A stretch of DNA of 44,381 nt from positions 49,182,291 through 49,226,671 of the forward strand of contig NC_068996.1 of NCBI RefSeq assembly GCF_001194135.2, written 5' to 3'. Numbering within the stretch: position 1 is the first letter of the stretch; every line of letters begins with the position of its first letter. The translations under genes and the position numbers were made by a program. The DNA is from Octopus bimaculoides. Its lineage: Eukaryota. Below the pieces are notes generated by a model. It worked only from the letters and a program-made list of their open reading frames with translations. It did not search any database and was not told the DNA's origin. This document shows positions 10,144 to 21,815 of this stretch, in pieces.

Positions 10144-10474
10144 TAAAGCTCCAGGTTAGCCATGATACAGTACAGTCTGAAAAAGCAACTCAACGATGAC
10201 CATCTCGTTTATTTTGTTTCCTCGGCATAGTGTATCTAGGACTACATTATTCAATGCATCTTTTTCTCTGTTAAATCGTGAGTGAATTAAGAGATTTATT
10301 TGTTAGCAATTTGCAGCAAATCAACAAATTGTATAGATTTTACTCTCATTAATCCCCTAAACGCATCTTCATAGATCTTCTGCCATACATTTATCTCATA
10401 CCAATAATTACATAAGGAAATTCTTGTCATTCTGTCTGTCTGTGCAACTCTGTGTGTGTGTGTGTGTGTGTGTG

Positions 10475-10809
10475 TTGACACACATTCATACACACACACA
10501 CATTCATATACACACACACATTCATACACACACACACATTCATTCACACACACACATTCATACACACATTTACATTCATTCATTCACACACATACACACA
10601 CATGCATCCATAGAGACACACATTCATACACACACACACATTCATATACACACACACATTCATACACACACACACATTCATTCACACACACACACATTCA
10701 TACACACATTTACATTCATTCATTCACACACATACACACACATGCATCCATAGAGACACACATTCATACAGACACACACATGCATCCATAGACACACACA
10801 CATTCATAC
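10475..10809. repeat. Compound CA-rich minisatellite with ~140-bp higher-order period
   Basis: ~18-bp CACACACATTCATA subunits; CATGCATCCATAGAGAC at 10601 and 10741. Confidence 0.8.
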
Positions 10810-11239
10810 NNNNNNNNNNNNNNNNNNNNNNNNNNNNNNNNNNNNNNNNNNNNNNNNNNNNNNNNNNNNNNNNNNNNNNNNNNNNNNNNNNNNNNNNNNN
10901 NNNNNNNNNNNNNNNNNNNNNNNNNNNNNNNNNNNNNNNNNNNNNNNNNNNNNNNNNNNNNNNNNNNNNNNNNNNNNNNNNNNNNNNNNNNNNNNNNNNN
11001 NNNNNNNNNNNNNNNNNNNNNNNNNNNNNNNNNNNNNNNNNNNNNNNNNNNNNNNNNNNNNNNNNNNNNNNNNNNNNNNNNNNNNNNNNNNNNNNNNNNN
11101 NNNNNNNNNNNNNNNNNNNNNNNNNNNNNNNNNNNNNNNNNNNNNNNNNNNNNNNNNNNNNNNNNNNNNNNNNNNNNNNNNNNNNNNNNNNNNNNNNNNN
11201 NNNNNNNNNNNNNNNNNNNNNNNNNNNNNNNNNNNNNNN

Positions 11240-11268
<29 letters not shown>

Positions 11269-11272
<4 letters not shown>

Positions 11273-11474
11273 GCCTGACTGGCCCTCGTGCCGGTGGCAT
11301 GTAAAGAGCACCTACTTCACTCTCGGAGTGGTTGGCGTTAGGAAGGGCATCCAGCTGTAGAAACTCTGCCAAATCAGATTGGAGCCTGGTGTAACCATCT
11401 GGTTTCACCAGTCCTCAGTCAAATCGTCCAACCCATGCTAGCATGGAAAGTGGGCATTAAACAATGATGATGAT
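11269..11474 (+). mobile_element. Family B (RTE 3' end)
   Basis: Near-identical to 9215-9416, with GAT tail. Confidence 0.85.
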
Positions 11475-11525
11475 ATATAATAGAAATATGTTTCAAAAAG
11501 AAAATAGAAATTGCATGTGGAAAAG

Positions 11526-11915
11526 ATATGAGGAAAGTAAGAAGAAAAAAATCAAAAATGCACATTGAATATATAAAAAAATTAAGGCTTTTTATGAAAA
11601 GTAGCAATAAATAAATGCAATTAGATGAACCAATAATGCCACTAACACCTATACATTCCTTATACCATTCATATTATGTCGACCCTAATTGCACCCCTGT
11701 CCAGAACTACTTACCTTTCTTACACAATCTTTTTACTCAGGGACTAGTAGACTTTGAATCTCTTTAACAATTCAAAATAATGACTTTAATTCTTCTTAAT
11801 TTTACCTCAGTTCATCTAATTGTATTTATTTATCACTACTTTTCATAAAAAGAGCCTTTATTGTTTTGATATCCAATGTGCATTTTCGTTTTTTTTCTTC
11901 TTACTTTCCCTATAT
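11526..11915. mobile_element. Foldback/MITE-like element with ~105-bp inverted arms
   Basis: 11526-11630 is the reverse complement of 11810-11915 (GGAAAGTAAGAAGAAAAAAA..AAAATGCACATTG..AAGGC..TTTTTATGAAAAGTAG..ATAAATAAAT.CAATTAGATGAAC); ~180-bp spacer. Confidence 0.65.
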
Positions 11916-11927
11916 GCATGCATGTAT

Positions 11928-12128
11928 TTGTGTGTCTGTGTTTGTCCCCCCACCATCACTTGACAACCAATGTTGGTGGTGTTTATGATCCCCCGTAACT
12001 TAGCAGTTTGGCAAAAGAGAACCGATAGAATAAATACTAGGCTTACAAAGAATAAGTCCTAGGAGTCGATTTGTTCAACTAAAGGTGATACTCCAGCATG
12101 GCCACAGTCAAATAACTGGAACAAGTGA
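11928..12128 (+). mobile_element. SINE family A, 3' module only
   Basis: Matches the 5830-6040 module. Confidence 0.8.
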
Positions 12129-12392
12129 AAAATTATGTGTATTTCTATGTTAATATGTGCATGTATGCATGTGTGTGTGTAAATCAATGTTTTTTTTTGT
12201 TTTTTTTTATTTATTTGTTTTTTGTCTTTTATACCATCACAGCCCTAAGTATCTCGTTACCACTTTCTGCTATTGAAAAAGCTGTAATATGATACTCAGA
12301 AGAGTAACAGCAGCAAGTTTAATTATTAGTCTTTACTGTTAACCCTATTTTATGTAGGGACTACTTTTTCCTTGCTTTTGTGTAGGTCCTTG

Positions 12393-12540
12393 TGTTTGCT
12401 TCCCAAACTGCATGGTTCTGGATTCAGTCCCACTGCACGGAACCTTAGACAAGGGCCTTCGATTATAGTCTCTGACTGACCAACCAAAGCCTTGTAAGTG
12501 GATTTGGTCATTGGAAACTGAGAGAAATCCACAGATATAC
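12393..12540 (+). mobile_element. SINE family A, diverged 5' half
   Basis: GGTTCTGGATTCAGTCCCACTG...CCAAAGCCTTGTAAGTGGATTTGG..GGAAACTGA. Confidence 0.7.
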
Positions 12541-12626
12541 GTGTGTGTGTGTGTGTGTGTGTGTTTTGTGTGTGTATTGTGTGTGGGGGATATTGTGTGA
12601 GTGTGTGTATATTATGTGTATGTGTG

Positions 12627-12673
<47 letters not shown>

Positions 12674-12702
12674 NNNNNNNNNNNNNNNNNNNNNNNNNNN
12701 NN

Positions 12703-12761
<59 letters not shown>

Positions 12762-12765
<4 letters not shown>

Positions 12766-12926
12766 TCATCATCGTTTAACGTCCGCTTTCCATGCTAGCA
12801 TGGGTTGGACGATTTGATTGAGAACTGGTGAAACCGGATGGCAACACCAGGCTCCAATCTAATTTGGCAGAGTTTCTACAGCTGGATGCCCTTCCTAACG
12901 CCAACCACTCAGAGAGTGTAGTGGGT
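12762..12926 (-). mobile_element. Family B (RTE 3' end), 5'-truncated
   Basis: CATCATCATCGTTTAACGTCCGCTTTCCATGCTAGCATGGG...CTTCCTAACGCCAACCACTC. Confidence 0.85.
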
Positions 12927-13535
12927 GTATTGTGTGGGGGGGATATTGTGTGAGTGTGTGTATATTATGTATATGTGTGTGTATATTATGTATATGTGTG
13001 TGTATATATATTGCGTGCACATGGGTGTGTGTATATTATGTGTGTGTGTATTTATGTGCATGCATGTATGTGTGTGTATTTATGTGCATGCATGTATGTG
13101 TGTGTATATATATATATTGCATGAGTGTGTGTATATTATGTGTGTGTGTATATATTATGTGTGTGTATACATATATATTCTCTGTGTGTGTATATTATGT
13201 ATGTGTATATATACATATATATATTTATAAAAAAGAAGTTTGAAACGCCAATATATAAAAACTGAATTTTAATTTATAATTTTGTCAGAGATATTTTTAA
13301 CATGTTTCGGGTCTTGTAAAAACGAACCTTATCAAAAATATATATTTAAAAAAATGAAATTAAAAGAAAAGTTCATAATTGTTCCTTACTGGTGTCAATA
13401 GTCCACGTGGGGTCATTTTTTGTTGCTTGTAGCAGTAGTAGTGACCGTGTTGGTAATGGTAAATGGCAGTGACCTCTGTCCATGTCAGTAGCAGTAGTTA
13501 ATTGGTTGTAGTGGTATATATATATTGGTTGTAGT

Positions 13536-13569
<34 letters not shown>

Positions 13570-13597
13570 GTGTGTATGTGCATGTGTGTTGGACATG

Positions 13598-13765
13598 TGG
13601 CTTAGTGGGGAGGGTGTTACAGTCATGATCGTAAGAGTGTGGTTTCAATTCCTGGACCTGGCGAGTGCATTGTCTTCTTCAGCAAGACACTTCATGTCAT
13701 GTTGCTCCAGTCCACTCTGCTAGCAAAAGTGAGTAATCTGTGACAGACTGGTGTACCACCCAGTG
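13598..13765 (+). mobile_element. Diverged family C-related SINE
   Basis: GTGGCTTAGTGG head, GTTTCAATTCC B-box-like, CAAGACACTT...GTTGCTCCAGTCCACTC shared with family C. Confidence 0.6.
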
Positions 13766-13857
13766 GCATATGGGTGGAGGAATGTATATACATCTCAGAA
13801 TCCGGGGAAACTAGCCTAATGAATCTAAGCCACAGGAACAATCCTTGATCCTTTTTG

Positions 13858-13895
<38 letters not shown>

Positions 13896-13960
13896 NNNNN
13901 NNNNNNNNNNNNNNNNNNNNNNNNNNNNNNNNNNNNNNNNNNNTACCACAACTATATATA

Positions 13961-14368
13961 TACTCTCTTTTTACTCTTTTACTTGTTTCAGTCATTTGAC
14001 TGCGGCCATGCTGGAGCACCGCCTTTAGTCGAGCAAATCGACCCCAGGACTTATTCTTTGTAAGCCTAGTACTTATTCTATCGGCCTCTTTTGCCAAACC
14101 ACTAAGTTACGGGGACGTAAACACACCAACATCGGTTGTCAAGCGATGGTGGGGGTACAAGCACATACACACAAACACACACACACACATATATATATAT
14201 ACATATATACAACAGGCTTCTTTCAGTTTCCATCGACCAAATCCACTCACAAGGTTTTGGTCGACCCAAGGCTATAGTAGAAGACACTTGCCCAAGATGC
14301 CATGCAGTGGGACTGAACCTGGAACCATGTGGTTGGTAAGCAAGCTACTTACCACACAGCCACTACTG
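13961..14368 (-). mobile_element. SINE family A, full length
   Basis: Reverse complement of 5539-6046, including the internal CA/TA tract. Confidence 0.9.
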
Positions 14369-14647
14369 GTTTAATATATTGTATTTTGAGGAGATATTCC
14401 TTCAATGAATATATTATATAAAATATCAAATATTATTATTAAGTTTGAAAACAGAGAGATCTAATGGATACAAATTAATTTATTAATTAATTAACATATG
14501 CACCTGCAATTGTTACATTTCACAAACAAAATTAAAACTACAAAAACATATATAAATATATAATTTTGCATTTTAAATACCTTGGATGGAAAATTATCAG
14601 GGTCCATCTATCTATCTATCTATATATATATATATATATATTTATAT

Positions 14648-14755
14648 ATAATGGAATAGGAGTTTTATTTGCATGTTCAAAACGTCACCATAAATATATA
14701 TATATATATTTATGGTGATGTTTTGAGCACGCAAATAAAGCTTCTATTTCATTAT
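14648..14755. repeat. 108-bp near-perfect palindrome centred on (TA)n
   Basis: 54-bp arms with 6 mismatches, all transitions. Confidence 0.9.
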
Positions 14756-15150
14756 GCCACCCACCATCTAGTGATGCTGACTAGTGAGCCAGTTTCTTGG
14801 GATTGCATCAAGTTATACTGATACAGTGTAGGATAAATATAATAATAACAATAATACTAGGATGTATTATTTATTTAATGCATCACTAAGCATGTTTCCA
14901 CAAATCACATTACTTTTAACATCAGAGTTGGTATCCTTGGGATTAGTAAAGTATAATCCAATATTATCCATGGCCATCTGGTTGATCATCATCATTGATT
15001 CATTTCATCAGGTGATATAACATTAGTGGATGAACCACAAAGAGATGTTTTTCATTTTTTACCAGTAGGTCAAGCAAGTCATGTAGGCATTTCTGTGTGT
15101 ATTTGGTGGGGAGGAGTATAAGGTGATGTGAGTAGAGGAAGGAATATATA

Positions 15151-15676
15151 TCATCATCATCATCATTGTTTAACGTCCACTTTCCATGCTAGCATGGGTT
15201 GGACGATTTGACTGAGGACTGGTGAAACCAGATGGCTACACCAGGCTCTGATCTGGCAGAATTTCTACAGCTGGATGCCCTTCCTAACGCCAACCACTCC
15301 GAGAGTGTAGTGGGTGCTTTTATGTGACACCGGCACAGGAGTCAGTCAGGCGGTACTGACAATGACCATGCTCAAAAAGGTGTTTTTTTATGTGCCAACT
15401 GCACGGGAGCCAGTCCAGTGGCACTGGTAACGACTTCGCTCGAATGATTTTCTAACGTGCCACCAGCACAAGTGCTAGAAGGCGATGCTGGTAATGATTA
15501 TGCTCAAATGGTGCTATTTATGAGCCACTAGTACGGAAGTCAGACAGCTGTTCTGGCAATGAACATGCTCGGGTAGTGCTGTTAGTGCTCCACTGGTGCA
15601 GGTACCAGTCATCGAGTATGGTTCAATTTTGATTTCGATTTCACTTGCCCCAACAGGTCTTCGCAAGCAGAGTTTA
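15151..15676 (-). mobile_element. Family B (RTE 3' UTR) with internal diverged tandem repeats
   Basis: CAT tail at the left, family B core, then several ~60-66-bp GTGCCAC/GGCACTGG-type units. Confidence 0.8.
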
Positions 15677-16275
15677 GTGTCCAATGAAGTAAATCATAGA
15701 CCTTAGACAACTCAAATGGAGATCCTTGATCTTGCAGAGAGTGGATGACACCCAAGAATTGAATAGAATAAGTTAATCAGCAAAACTTAAGTTCTGTTAT
15801 TATTACTGAAAAAGAAAAAATGATGACAGTGTAAAATGTTCAAGACCATTTATGTTTCTTTTGTGCAAGAATGTAACTAGAATCAATGAACCAGATTAGA
15901 TTCATCCAGGAAGAGAGAAACTGGTTCACTGATATAACTAATATTTACATTTCTTCCTATGTAAGATAAAGAATAAAATTGTTCAAACGTTTTTTTTTTT
16001 TTAAAAAGATATAGAATTGAAAAGTGTTTGGCTTTTTGTTCTTTGTTTTTTTTTCACAAAGATAAAATATTAATAAATTTTTTTAAACTAATCTGATATT
16101 TTTTTTATTTTCTGTTTTTTTTTTTTTCTCAAGTGATGATGATGTTTATGCTAGCTTATTGGAAATTCTTAAATGTCAAAGTGGGAACGTTTAATTTGCT
16201 ATTAGGGGAAGTAAAGCAAACTAGCAATTTGTACCATCACATAAACATGCACACACACACACACATCTATATATG

Positions 16276-16317
<42 letters not shown>

Positions 16318-16389
16318 GTGATATAAATAAACACAATTGGGCTTGATATATAAACTATACACACACACATGCATGCATACATACATACA

Positions 16390-16435
<46 letters not shown>

Positions 16436-16626
16436 GGATTGTTGGCGATGTTTTTTTTTCCTTTGGACTTTCCTATGTTACTTGTTTCTGAAGAAGAGCT
16501 ATGCTCAAAATGTAAAACAACCACTCTTTTCCTTCTCCAAGTGTCTTATTAATACTTTACATGTGCTACATCCTCACAATGTTGCTTTTTATTTCTCTTT
16601 GTCTTTTTCTCCGTGTTTTGAATTAA

Positions 16627-16657
<31 letters not shown>

Positions 16658-16689
16658 CATACATGCATACAAACATGATACAGGATAAA

Positions 16690-16932
16690 GATCTTTCCTG
16701 AGCCACATAGACCCACAGGGCTGGTTTCCCCGATTCCTGTGGTTCATACGTCCCTACCATATGGGATGCCAGTCCATCACAGGATCACCCATTTTTACTA
16801 GCTGAGCAGACTGGAGCAATGTGAAAGGAAGTGCTTGGCTTAAGAACAGTGTACATCACTCCACTCAGGTGTCAAAACTACAATCTTATGACTATGAGTT
16901 CAACACCCTAACCACTAAGCCATGCACCTCCA
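16690..16932 (-). mobile_element. Family C-related SINE with a different 3' part
   Basis: Shares CATTTTTACTAGCTGAG..GACTGGAGCAATGTGAAA and the CCCTAACCACTAAGCCATGC head; carries GGATGCCAGTCCATCACAGG instead of the family C tail. Confidence 0.6.
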
Positions 16933-17361
16933 CTACATACATATATACATACAAATACATATAGGGATATATATATATATAAGAAACAAAAATTGAAAAT
17001 ATTTAGATGAACTATCATGTATAAACATAGAGATAGTGATATATTTACAGAACAAATATACATGGAATACAAAAAAGATAAGAAAAAATTAAGAGGAGAG
17101 GGCATGGTATTTTAGGCCTGATAGCTGTTACTAGAGGCTCAGAATAACGAAATATTTGTAATGTTGGCAGATGGAGTGTGCAAAAAGTCAAAGATATGCA
17201 ACCATTAATGGATGCATATAAACATTAATGCAAAGTTGGCTTCCATCTTCAGGGTAGAGAGATTGGCATCTAGTGGACTTAGTCTTTGATAAAGATTTCA
17301 GAATGTAAATTCAAATCATTTGATCACTATTAAGTGTTTTTTTATGTTGAGCATCTCTGGA

Positions 17362-17416
<55 letters not shown>

Positions 17417-17426
17417 NNNNNNNNNN

Positions 17427-17478
<52 letters not shown>

Positions 17479-17489
17479 GGTGTTTTGAA

Positions 17490-17865
17490 AGAAGTTTTCT
17501 CCCTAATCAAATGGTTCCAGGTTCAGTCCCACTGTATTGCATCTTGGGAAAATGTCTTCTACTGTAGCCTCAGGCCAATCAAAACTTTGTGAGTGAATTT
17601 GGAGGTTGGAAAGTATGTGGAAGCCTACTATGTGTGTGTGCGTGCGTGTGAGTGTGTTCGTTTCCCACTACTACTTGACAACCAATGCTGGTTTGTTTAC
17701 ATCCCCATAACTTGGCAGTTAGACAAAAGGAAACCAACAGCACAAGTACCAGAGTTAGAGAAAAAAATGTGAGTACTGGAGGTTGATCTGTTCACCTAAA
17801 GGACCTTCAAGCTGGTGACCCAGCATAGCTGCAGTCTAATAACCGAGACAAGTCAAGTACAAAAA
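17490..17865 (+). mobile_element. SINE family A, diverged
   Basis: ATGGTTCCAGGTTCAGTCCCACTG head and TTGACAACCAATGCTGG...CCAGCATAGCTGCAGTC 3' module. Confidence 0.7.
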
Positions 17866-19124
17866 CTAAAATAAAAGATGACAAATATTTTGACAGACCA
17901 ACTTGATACATACAATCACAAATTGGTATAAATCGCAAAGTTTAAATTTAGCTTATTGTGTTGCTTAAAAATTACATCAGGTCCCCATTCATCATGTCAA
18001 TTTCATGCTATATATATTACGTTCAGCATTAGAAAAAAATTATCATATCACATTCAAAATAATTACACTGTATTCATTTATCATTTTCAATTGATATTTA
18101 TTTGTAAGTATTTCATTACATGACTAAGAACTATGTTGACATTTATCCCACAGACAGGATATTTCTCATATTGAATGTATATTTACCACAAAAAATAAAA
18201 ATGTGTAATTATTTTAGTTGGCAGTAAGTTGATATTTAACAAATATTTCATGACTGATTATTATTATTTATTTTCTTATATATATATATATATATATATA
18301 TATNNNNNNNNNNNNNNNNNNNNNNNNNNNNNNNNNNNNNNNNNNNNNNNNNNNNNNNNNNNNNNNNNNNNNNNNNNNNNNNNNNNNNNNNNNNNNNNNN
18401 NNNNNNNNNNNNNNNNNNNNNNNNNNNNNNNNNNNNNNNNNNNNNNNNNNNNNNNNNNNNNNNNNNNNNNNNNNNNNNNNNNNNNNNNNNNNNNNNNNNN
18501 NNNNNNNNNNNNNNNNNNNNNNNNNNNNNNNNNNNNNNNNNNNNNNNNNNNNNNNNNNNNNNNNNNNNNNNNNNNNNNNNNNNNNNNNNNNNNNNNNNNN
18601 NNNNNNNNNNNNNNNNNNNNNNNNNNNNNNNNNNNNNNNNNNNNNNNNNNNNNNNNNNNNNNNNNNNNNNNNNNNNNNNNNNNNNNNNNNNNNNNNNNNN
18701 NNNNNNNNNNNNNNNNNNNNNNNNNNNNNNNNNNNNNNNNNNNNNNNNNNNNNNNNNNNNNNNNNNNNNNNNNNNNNNNNNNNNNNNNNNNNNNNNNNAA
18801 AAATTAACTTTACACAAGAATTAATCTTAAGTTTGGTTACTCATTCTATCATTGGTTATTTAATCAACCGTGGAAACAAGAAAGAAAATTATGTTTTAAA
18901 GTTATGTCTTATTTATTTTCCTTTTTGTATAATTTTTTTTTTTTTTTTTTTGGTAAGCATAATATTTTCTTTTGTTCTTTTAGTTATTTGAATGACTGGA
19001 TTGTGACAATGCTGGAACACTGCATCAAGAATTTTGGTCAAATTTATCAATTTTATTGAATCACAGTATTTGTCTCATACATATTTTATTGACTTTGCAA
19101 TGTATGAATGTAAATCAAAATACT

Positions 19125-19673
19125 CTTTGGCATGGCAGGAAGTAATTCTAAATAGAACATTGCATCTGTGTATATATACAGAAGCAATGACAGGCGACCA
19201 AGACCTTTGGAGATGTGATTGAGAAGACCCAGCAACTAAAGTGAGATCACAGCCATGCATGTCCAGCTCAGTTAAGAGTACTCCTGATGCGTCATGTGAT
19301 ATGCTTGAGAAGACCTGTTGAGTCAAGTAAAACCAATATCATAGCTGTGCCCCCTGACTGGCTCCCTTGCTGGTAGTACGTAAAAAGCACCATCCTAACA
19401 TGGCCAATGCCAGTAGCACCTGACTGGCTCTCATGCCAGTGGCACATAAAAAGCACCAGCTGAACGTGACTGATGCCAGTACCCCCTGACTAGCTCCTGT
19501 GCTGGTGGCATGTAAAAAGCACCCACTACACTCTCAGAATGGTTGGCATTAGGAAGGGCATCCAGCTGTAAAAATATTGGCACATCAGATTGGTGCTGTG
19601 GTGCAGCCGCTGGCTCTCCAGACCTCAGTCAAACTGTCTAACCCATATCAGCATAGAAAACAGACATTAAACA

Positions 19674-19760
<87 letters not shown>
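19125..19760 (+). mobile_element. RTE LINE 3' end (ORF tail, 66-bp UTR repeats, long GAT tail)
   Basis: WQEVI...TEAMTGDQDLWRC ORF-end remnant; TAAAAAGCACC at 19381, 19447 and 19513; (GAT)n at ~19674-19760. Confidence 0.75.
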
Positions 19761-19805
19761 TAAATTAAGGTGGTTAGTCACAGTTTAAAAACCAAAAGGC
19801 ACAAG

Positions 19806-19998
19806 TACAATCATCGCTAAAATGACTAAGGATGCTAGTGGGCACCAGCATTGCTAGAAATAAGAGTCAAAACAACTCTTAGCCATGGGCAAAGCACTTA
19901 TCTATTGACTGACAAGGGAGACTAAGAGTTGTTTTGACTCTTATTTCTAGCAATGCTGCTGCTGGCTTGCACCCTTAATCACTTTAGTGACAATTATA
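19806..19998. repeat. Hairpin: perfect 37-bp inner stem, ~70%-identical 40-bp outer stem, 39-nt loop
   Basis: 19846-19882 is the exact reverse complement of 19922-19958; ungapped pairing continues out to 19806/19998. Confidence 0.9.
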
Positions 19999-20006
19999 TA
20001 CATATA

Positions 20007-20335
20007 TCATCATCATTATTGTTTAACGGCCGTTTTCCATGCAGGCATGGGTTGGATGGTTTGACTGAGGACTGGTGAGCCAGGAGGCTGCACCATGGCT
20101 CCAATCTGATTGGGCAATGTTTCTACAGCTGGATGTCCCTTCCTAACGCCAACCACTCAGAGAGTGTAGTGGGTGCTTTTACGTGCCACTGGCATGAGGG
20201 CCAGTCAGGTGGGCCTGGCATCGATCACATTCAGATAGTGCTTTTTGCATGCTGCTGGCACGAGGGCCAGTCAGGGCTACTGGCATCGGCCACATTCAGA
20301 TGGTACATTTTACGTGCCACAGGCATGAGAGCCAC
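20007..20335 (-). mobile_element. Family B (RTE 3' end)
   Basis: CAT tail, family B core and internal repeats. Confidence 0.8.
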
Positions 20336-20439
20336 ACACACTTAGGTAAGTTTCAGCCAAAATTGCCTGAGGTTATATCTAACTTGACAGCACCACCTGG
20401 AAAAGACATTAAATGATGTTTCATATTACTGTCTTTCTT

Positions 20440-20800
20440 TGGGTGCCATAGCCCAAATAAAGAGTTATTGTTTGTAGAAATATATCCAGGTGTAGGTGGT
20501 TTATCTGGAATTTGCTGGAGATATTTGTCCAGGACTTGTTTGAATATTAGAAGATCTTTTTCCTTCCCTTATGTGTCATGTCTTCTGACATTGAAGAGAG
20601 CATGGCTAGTTGAGGCAAAATAGTTATGGCTTAGTGCTGTAATGTGGCATGCACATGGTTTTTGAAAATGGATGGATAGCATAGGAACCAAGCATTGGGT
20701 TAATTTTAAAAGTTGATACCTGCATCATTTGGGCAATGCTGTAGGAACATTCTCCATGTCATACGAGTGATATAGTGCTCACACCACCAGTGGAAGAAAT
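20440..20800 (-). mobile_element. Decayed CR1/Jockey-group LINE ORF2 C-terminus
   Basis: Minus translation fragments WRMFLQHCPNDAGINFKINPMLG...HNYFASTSHALFNV...KEKDLLIFKQVLDKYLQQIPDKPPTPGYISTNNNSL; the FK..LDK.L..IPD.P..PGY...NSL terminus is recognised from memory. Confidence 0.55.
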
Positions 20801-21065
20801 GAAGTTTGAGTTTCTTGAGGTGATCCCAATAATCAAGGCTGTCATGTCATCTATTTTTTCTGATTGATCTCTGAAATGCTTCAATGTTTATATTTTGTTT
20901 CATGACGGAAAACCACAGCAGAGAACAGCACTTAAGATGAGGGCTGGCGAAGGCGGAAAATAGAAGATAATGGAAGGAAGTTAAAAAGTCCAGAGAATCC
21001 TATCTATCAATCAATCAATTACTCTATCAATATCTCTCTCTCTCTCTCTGCGTGTGTATGTGTGT

Positions 21066-21156
21066 GCAGGAGTGGCTATGTGGTAAGAGGCTTGCTTCCC
21101 AACCATGTGTTATCGGGTTCAGTCCCACTGTGTGGCACCATGGGCAAGTGTCTTCT
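21066..21156 (+). mobile_element. SINE family A head, interrupted by family B
   Basis: GCAGGAGTGGCTATGTGGTAAG...GGGCAAGTGTCTTCT followed immediately by family B sequence. Confidence 0.75.
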
Positions 21157-21738
21157 TGTCCATGCTGTCCATGCTGGCATGGGTTAGATGGTTTGACCAA
21201 GGCTGGTAAGCTGAGGGGCTGCACCAGTCTCCAGTCTGATTTGGCATGGCTTCTATGGTGAGATGCCCTTCCTGATGCCAACCACTCTGAAAAGTGCAAA
21301 GGGTGATGATTTTATGTGACACCAGTACAGGTGCCAGCTTCATGACACTGGCATTGGCCACATTGCTTCCATGTGTGCACGTGTGTATATATACTTATAT
21401 GCCAGTAGTGCCTAACTGTCACTCGCGCTTGTGGCACATAATAAGTACGATTCAAGCATAAGCTGATGCCAGTGCCGTCTGACTGGCTCCCGCTGCCAGT
21501 GGCACGTAACAAGCACCATCTGAATATGGTCAATCCCAGTGCCTCCTGACTGGCTCTAGTGCCAGTGGCACGTAAAAAGCACCCACTACACTCTTGGAGT
21601 GGTTGACATTAGGAAGGGCATCCAGCTGTAGAAACATTGCCAGATCAGATCTGAGCCTGGCGCAGCCTTCTGGCTTGCCAGTCCCCAGTCAAACTGTCCA
21701 ACCATGTCAGCATGGAGAGCAGATGTTAAACGGTGATG
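21157..21738. mobile_element. Inverted pair of family B copies (minus 21157-~21360, plus ~21430-21738)
   Basis: GATGCCCTTCCTGATGCCAACCACTC in the left copy and GAGTGGTTGACATTAGGAAGGGCATCC in the right copy. Confidence 0.75.
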
Positions 21739-21749
21739 GGATGTATATC

Positions 21750-21812
<63 letters not shown>

Positions 21813-21815
<3 letters not shown>

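Noticed and set aside
15882-15933. 13-bp inverted repeat with a 26-nt loop
   Set aside because: Too short to separate from chance in 44 kb of AT-rich DNA.
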